From Octopus sinensis (taxonomy: Eukaryota), in contig NC_042997.1 in the NCBI RefSeq assembly GCF_006345805.1, positions 51,646,001 to 51,710,000 on the forward strand: DNA of 64,000 nt. The letters run 5' to 3'. Positions within the stretch are counted from its first letter, which is position 1. Every line of letters starts with the position of its first letter. Shown one piece after another: positions 62,215-64,000 of this stretch. Below the pieces are notes generated by a model. That model worked only from the letters and a program-made list of their open reading frames with translations. It was not told the DNA's origin and made no database searches. The position numbers and the translations under genes are program-made.

Positions 62215-64000
62215 ATCTGGCAGTGTCGGCTATAGTCTAGTCACCTGGAGTCATACCCAATGACTGGTGTAGTAGCACTATGGTCAACTGCTACAAAGGT
62301 AAAGGTGACAATTTAGATACAAATAATTACAGAGATATCAAGTTGTTGGATCAGGTAATGAAGGTCATAGCAAAACTAATTAAGGAGAGAGTCAGTTTAG
62401 ATGAGATGCAGTTTGGGTTCGTGCCTGGGAAAAGCACCACTGATGCTATAATTCTGGTAAGACAGCTGCAGGAGAAATACCTAGCCAAAGATAAACCTCT
62501 GTACCTGGCTTTCGTTGACATGGAGAAAGCCTTTGACAGGGTTCCCCAATCCCTTATCTGGTGGTCAATGAGGAAACTAGGGATAAATGAATGGTTAGTG
62601 AGAGCTGTGCAAGCCATGTACAGTGACACTGTCAGTAAGGTGAGGGTTGGCAACAAGTACAGTGAAGAATTCCGGGTAGAGGTAAAGGTCCACCAAGGTT
62701 CAGACCTCAGCCCCCTCCTATTTATCATAGTCCTCCAGTCAATAACAGAGGAATTCAAGACAGGATGCCCCTGGGAGCTCCTCTATGCTGACAACATTGC
62801 TCTAATTGCTGAGTCACTATCAGAACTAGAGGAGAAGTTTCAAGAGTGGAAACAAGGATTAGAATCAAAGGGCCTTAGAGTCAACCTAGCTAAAGCCAAA
62901 GTCCTAATAAATAGGAAAGCAGGCAAACCACAAATCCCTTCAGGTAGATGGCTCTCCTCGATCTGTAGAAAAGGCGTAGGTAGAAACTTTATAAGATGTA
63001 CCCAGTATAAGCTATGGAAACATAAGAGGTGCAGCAATATCAAAGGACGGCCAACTGGGAAAATAGTTTTTGTGTGTGGCAGACGCTCAGGAGCAATAAA
63101 CACTGAAAATGTGCAGAGAACAACTTCTGCCACATTCCAGGGAGAAAAACTAGAAGTAGTTGATAGCTTCCATTGCCTAGGTGACCAAGTCAGTAGTGGG
63201 GGAGGTTGCGCTGAAAGTGTAGCTGCTAGACTAAGAATAACCTGGGCAAAGTTCAGAGAGCTCTTAACTCTGCTGGTGACAAAGAGCCTCTCGCTCAGAG
63301 TAAAAGGTAGACTGTATGACGCATGTGTATGAACAGCCATGCTACATGGCAGTGAAACATGGGCTGTGACTGCTAAGGACATGCGTAAGCTCACAAGGAA
63401 TGAAGCCAGTATGCTCCGATGGATGTGTAATGTCAGTGTGCATACTCGACAGAGTGTAAGCACCTTAAGAGAAAAGCTGAACCTAAGAAGCATCAGATGT
63501 GGTGTGCAAGATAGATGACTGCGCTGGTATGGTCATGTGGCGAGAATGGATGAGGATAGCAATGTGAAAAAGTGCCACACCCTAGCAGTTGAGGGAACCT
63601 GTGGAAGAGGTAGACCTGGGATGAGATGGTGAAGCACGACCTTCGAACATTAGGCCTCACCGAGGGGATGACTACTGACCGAGACCTTTGGAAATATGCT
63701 GTGCTTGAGAAGACCTGACAAGCCAAGTGAGACCATAATCTCGTGGCCTATGCCAGGGGTGTAACCAGCCCACTTATGCGTACCTTTCCTTCATTGGGCA
63801 CTAAACTCTGCTTGCGAAGACCTGTTGAGGCAAATGAAATCGAAATCAAATTCGATGACTAGCATCCACGTTAGTGGAGCGCTAAGAGCACCATCTGAGT
63901 GTGATCGTTGCCAGAGCGGCCAACTGGCTTCCGTGCCGGTGGCACATAAAAAGCACCATTCAAGCGTGATTGTTACTAGTGTCACCTTACTGGCACGTGA
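62215..64000 (+). mobile_element. 5'-truncated RTE LINE running off the window end
   Basis: ORF 62280-63332 (AFVDMEKAFDRVP, VHQGSDLSPLLF, YADN replacing YADD) ends at a premature TGA; coding similarity continues to ~63720, then 3'UTR. Confidence 0.95.

Noticed and set aside
62351-63493. Long antisense ORFs over RTE copies (also 22358-22855, 53773-54378)
   Set aside because: Shadow frames of the LINE ORF.
59248-64000. Search for the SEC13 first coding exons
   Set aside because: No segment encoding a ...DTSHEDMI-like peptide with splice sites was found; presumed beyond the window.

Overview
AT-rich, repeat-dense animal genomic DNA. The repeat families suggest a coleoid cephalopod, probably an octopus (inference). 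Two spliced genes lie tail-to-tail. (1) A complete 12-exon IRAK1/Pelle-like death-domain kinase on + (14885-44437). My hand-spliced CDS is 1965 nt = 654 aa + stop, with every intron GT-AG and phase-consistent. It is non-RD (HGDIKS), has a Tyr gatekeeper, and carries an unusual DLG in place of DFG. (2) SEC13 on - (8 coding exons, 47321-59247); the N-terminal ~16 codons were not found and probably lie beyond the window. The rest is mobile DNA: a near-complete mariner (37-bp TIRs, two frameshifts), Tc1/maT fragments, piggyBac-type MITEs, a MITE with an 8-bp TSD, a Helitron-like element, a ~2.2-kb foldback element next to the kinase start, three long RTE LINE copies (with a PHD-type C4HC3 finger in the ORF), CR1/L2, CRE and HERO-like LINE relics, many tRNA-derived SINEs, and a ~2-kb (TA)n tract. 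The most striking unexplained structure is a set of short elements anchored at (TA)n microsatellites. Several are near-perfect palindromes and several carry minimal type I hammerhead-ribozyme motifs (5848-5895, 10684-10772, 26752-26799, half-motif at 26322-26458). They resemble Penelope-like or retrozyme-like mini-retroelements. All calls were made by eye, no database searches were run, and repeat boundaries are approximate unless TIRs or TSDs are stated.
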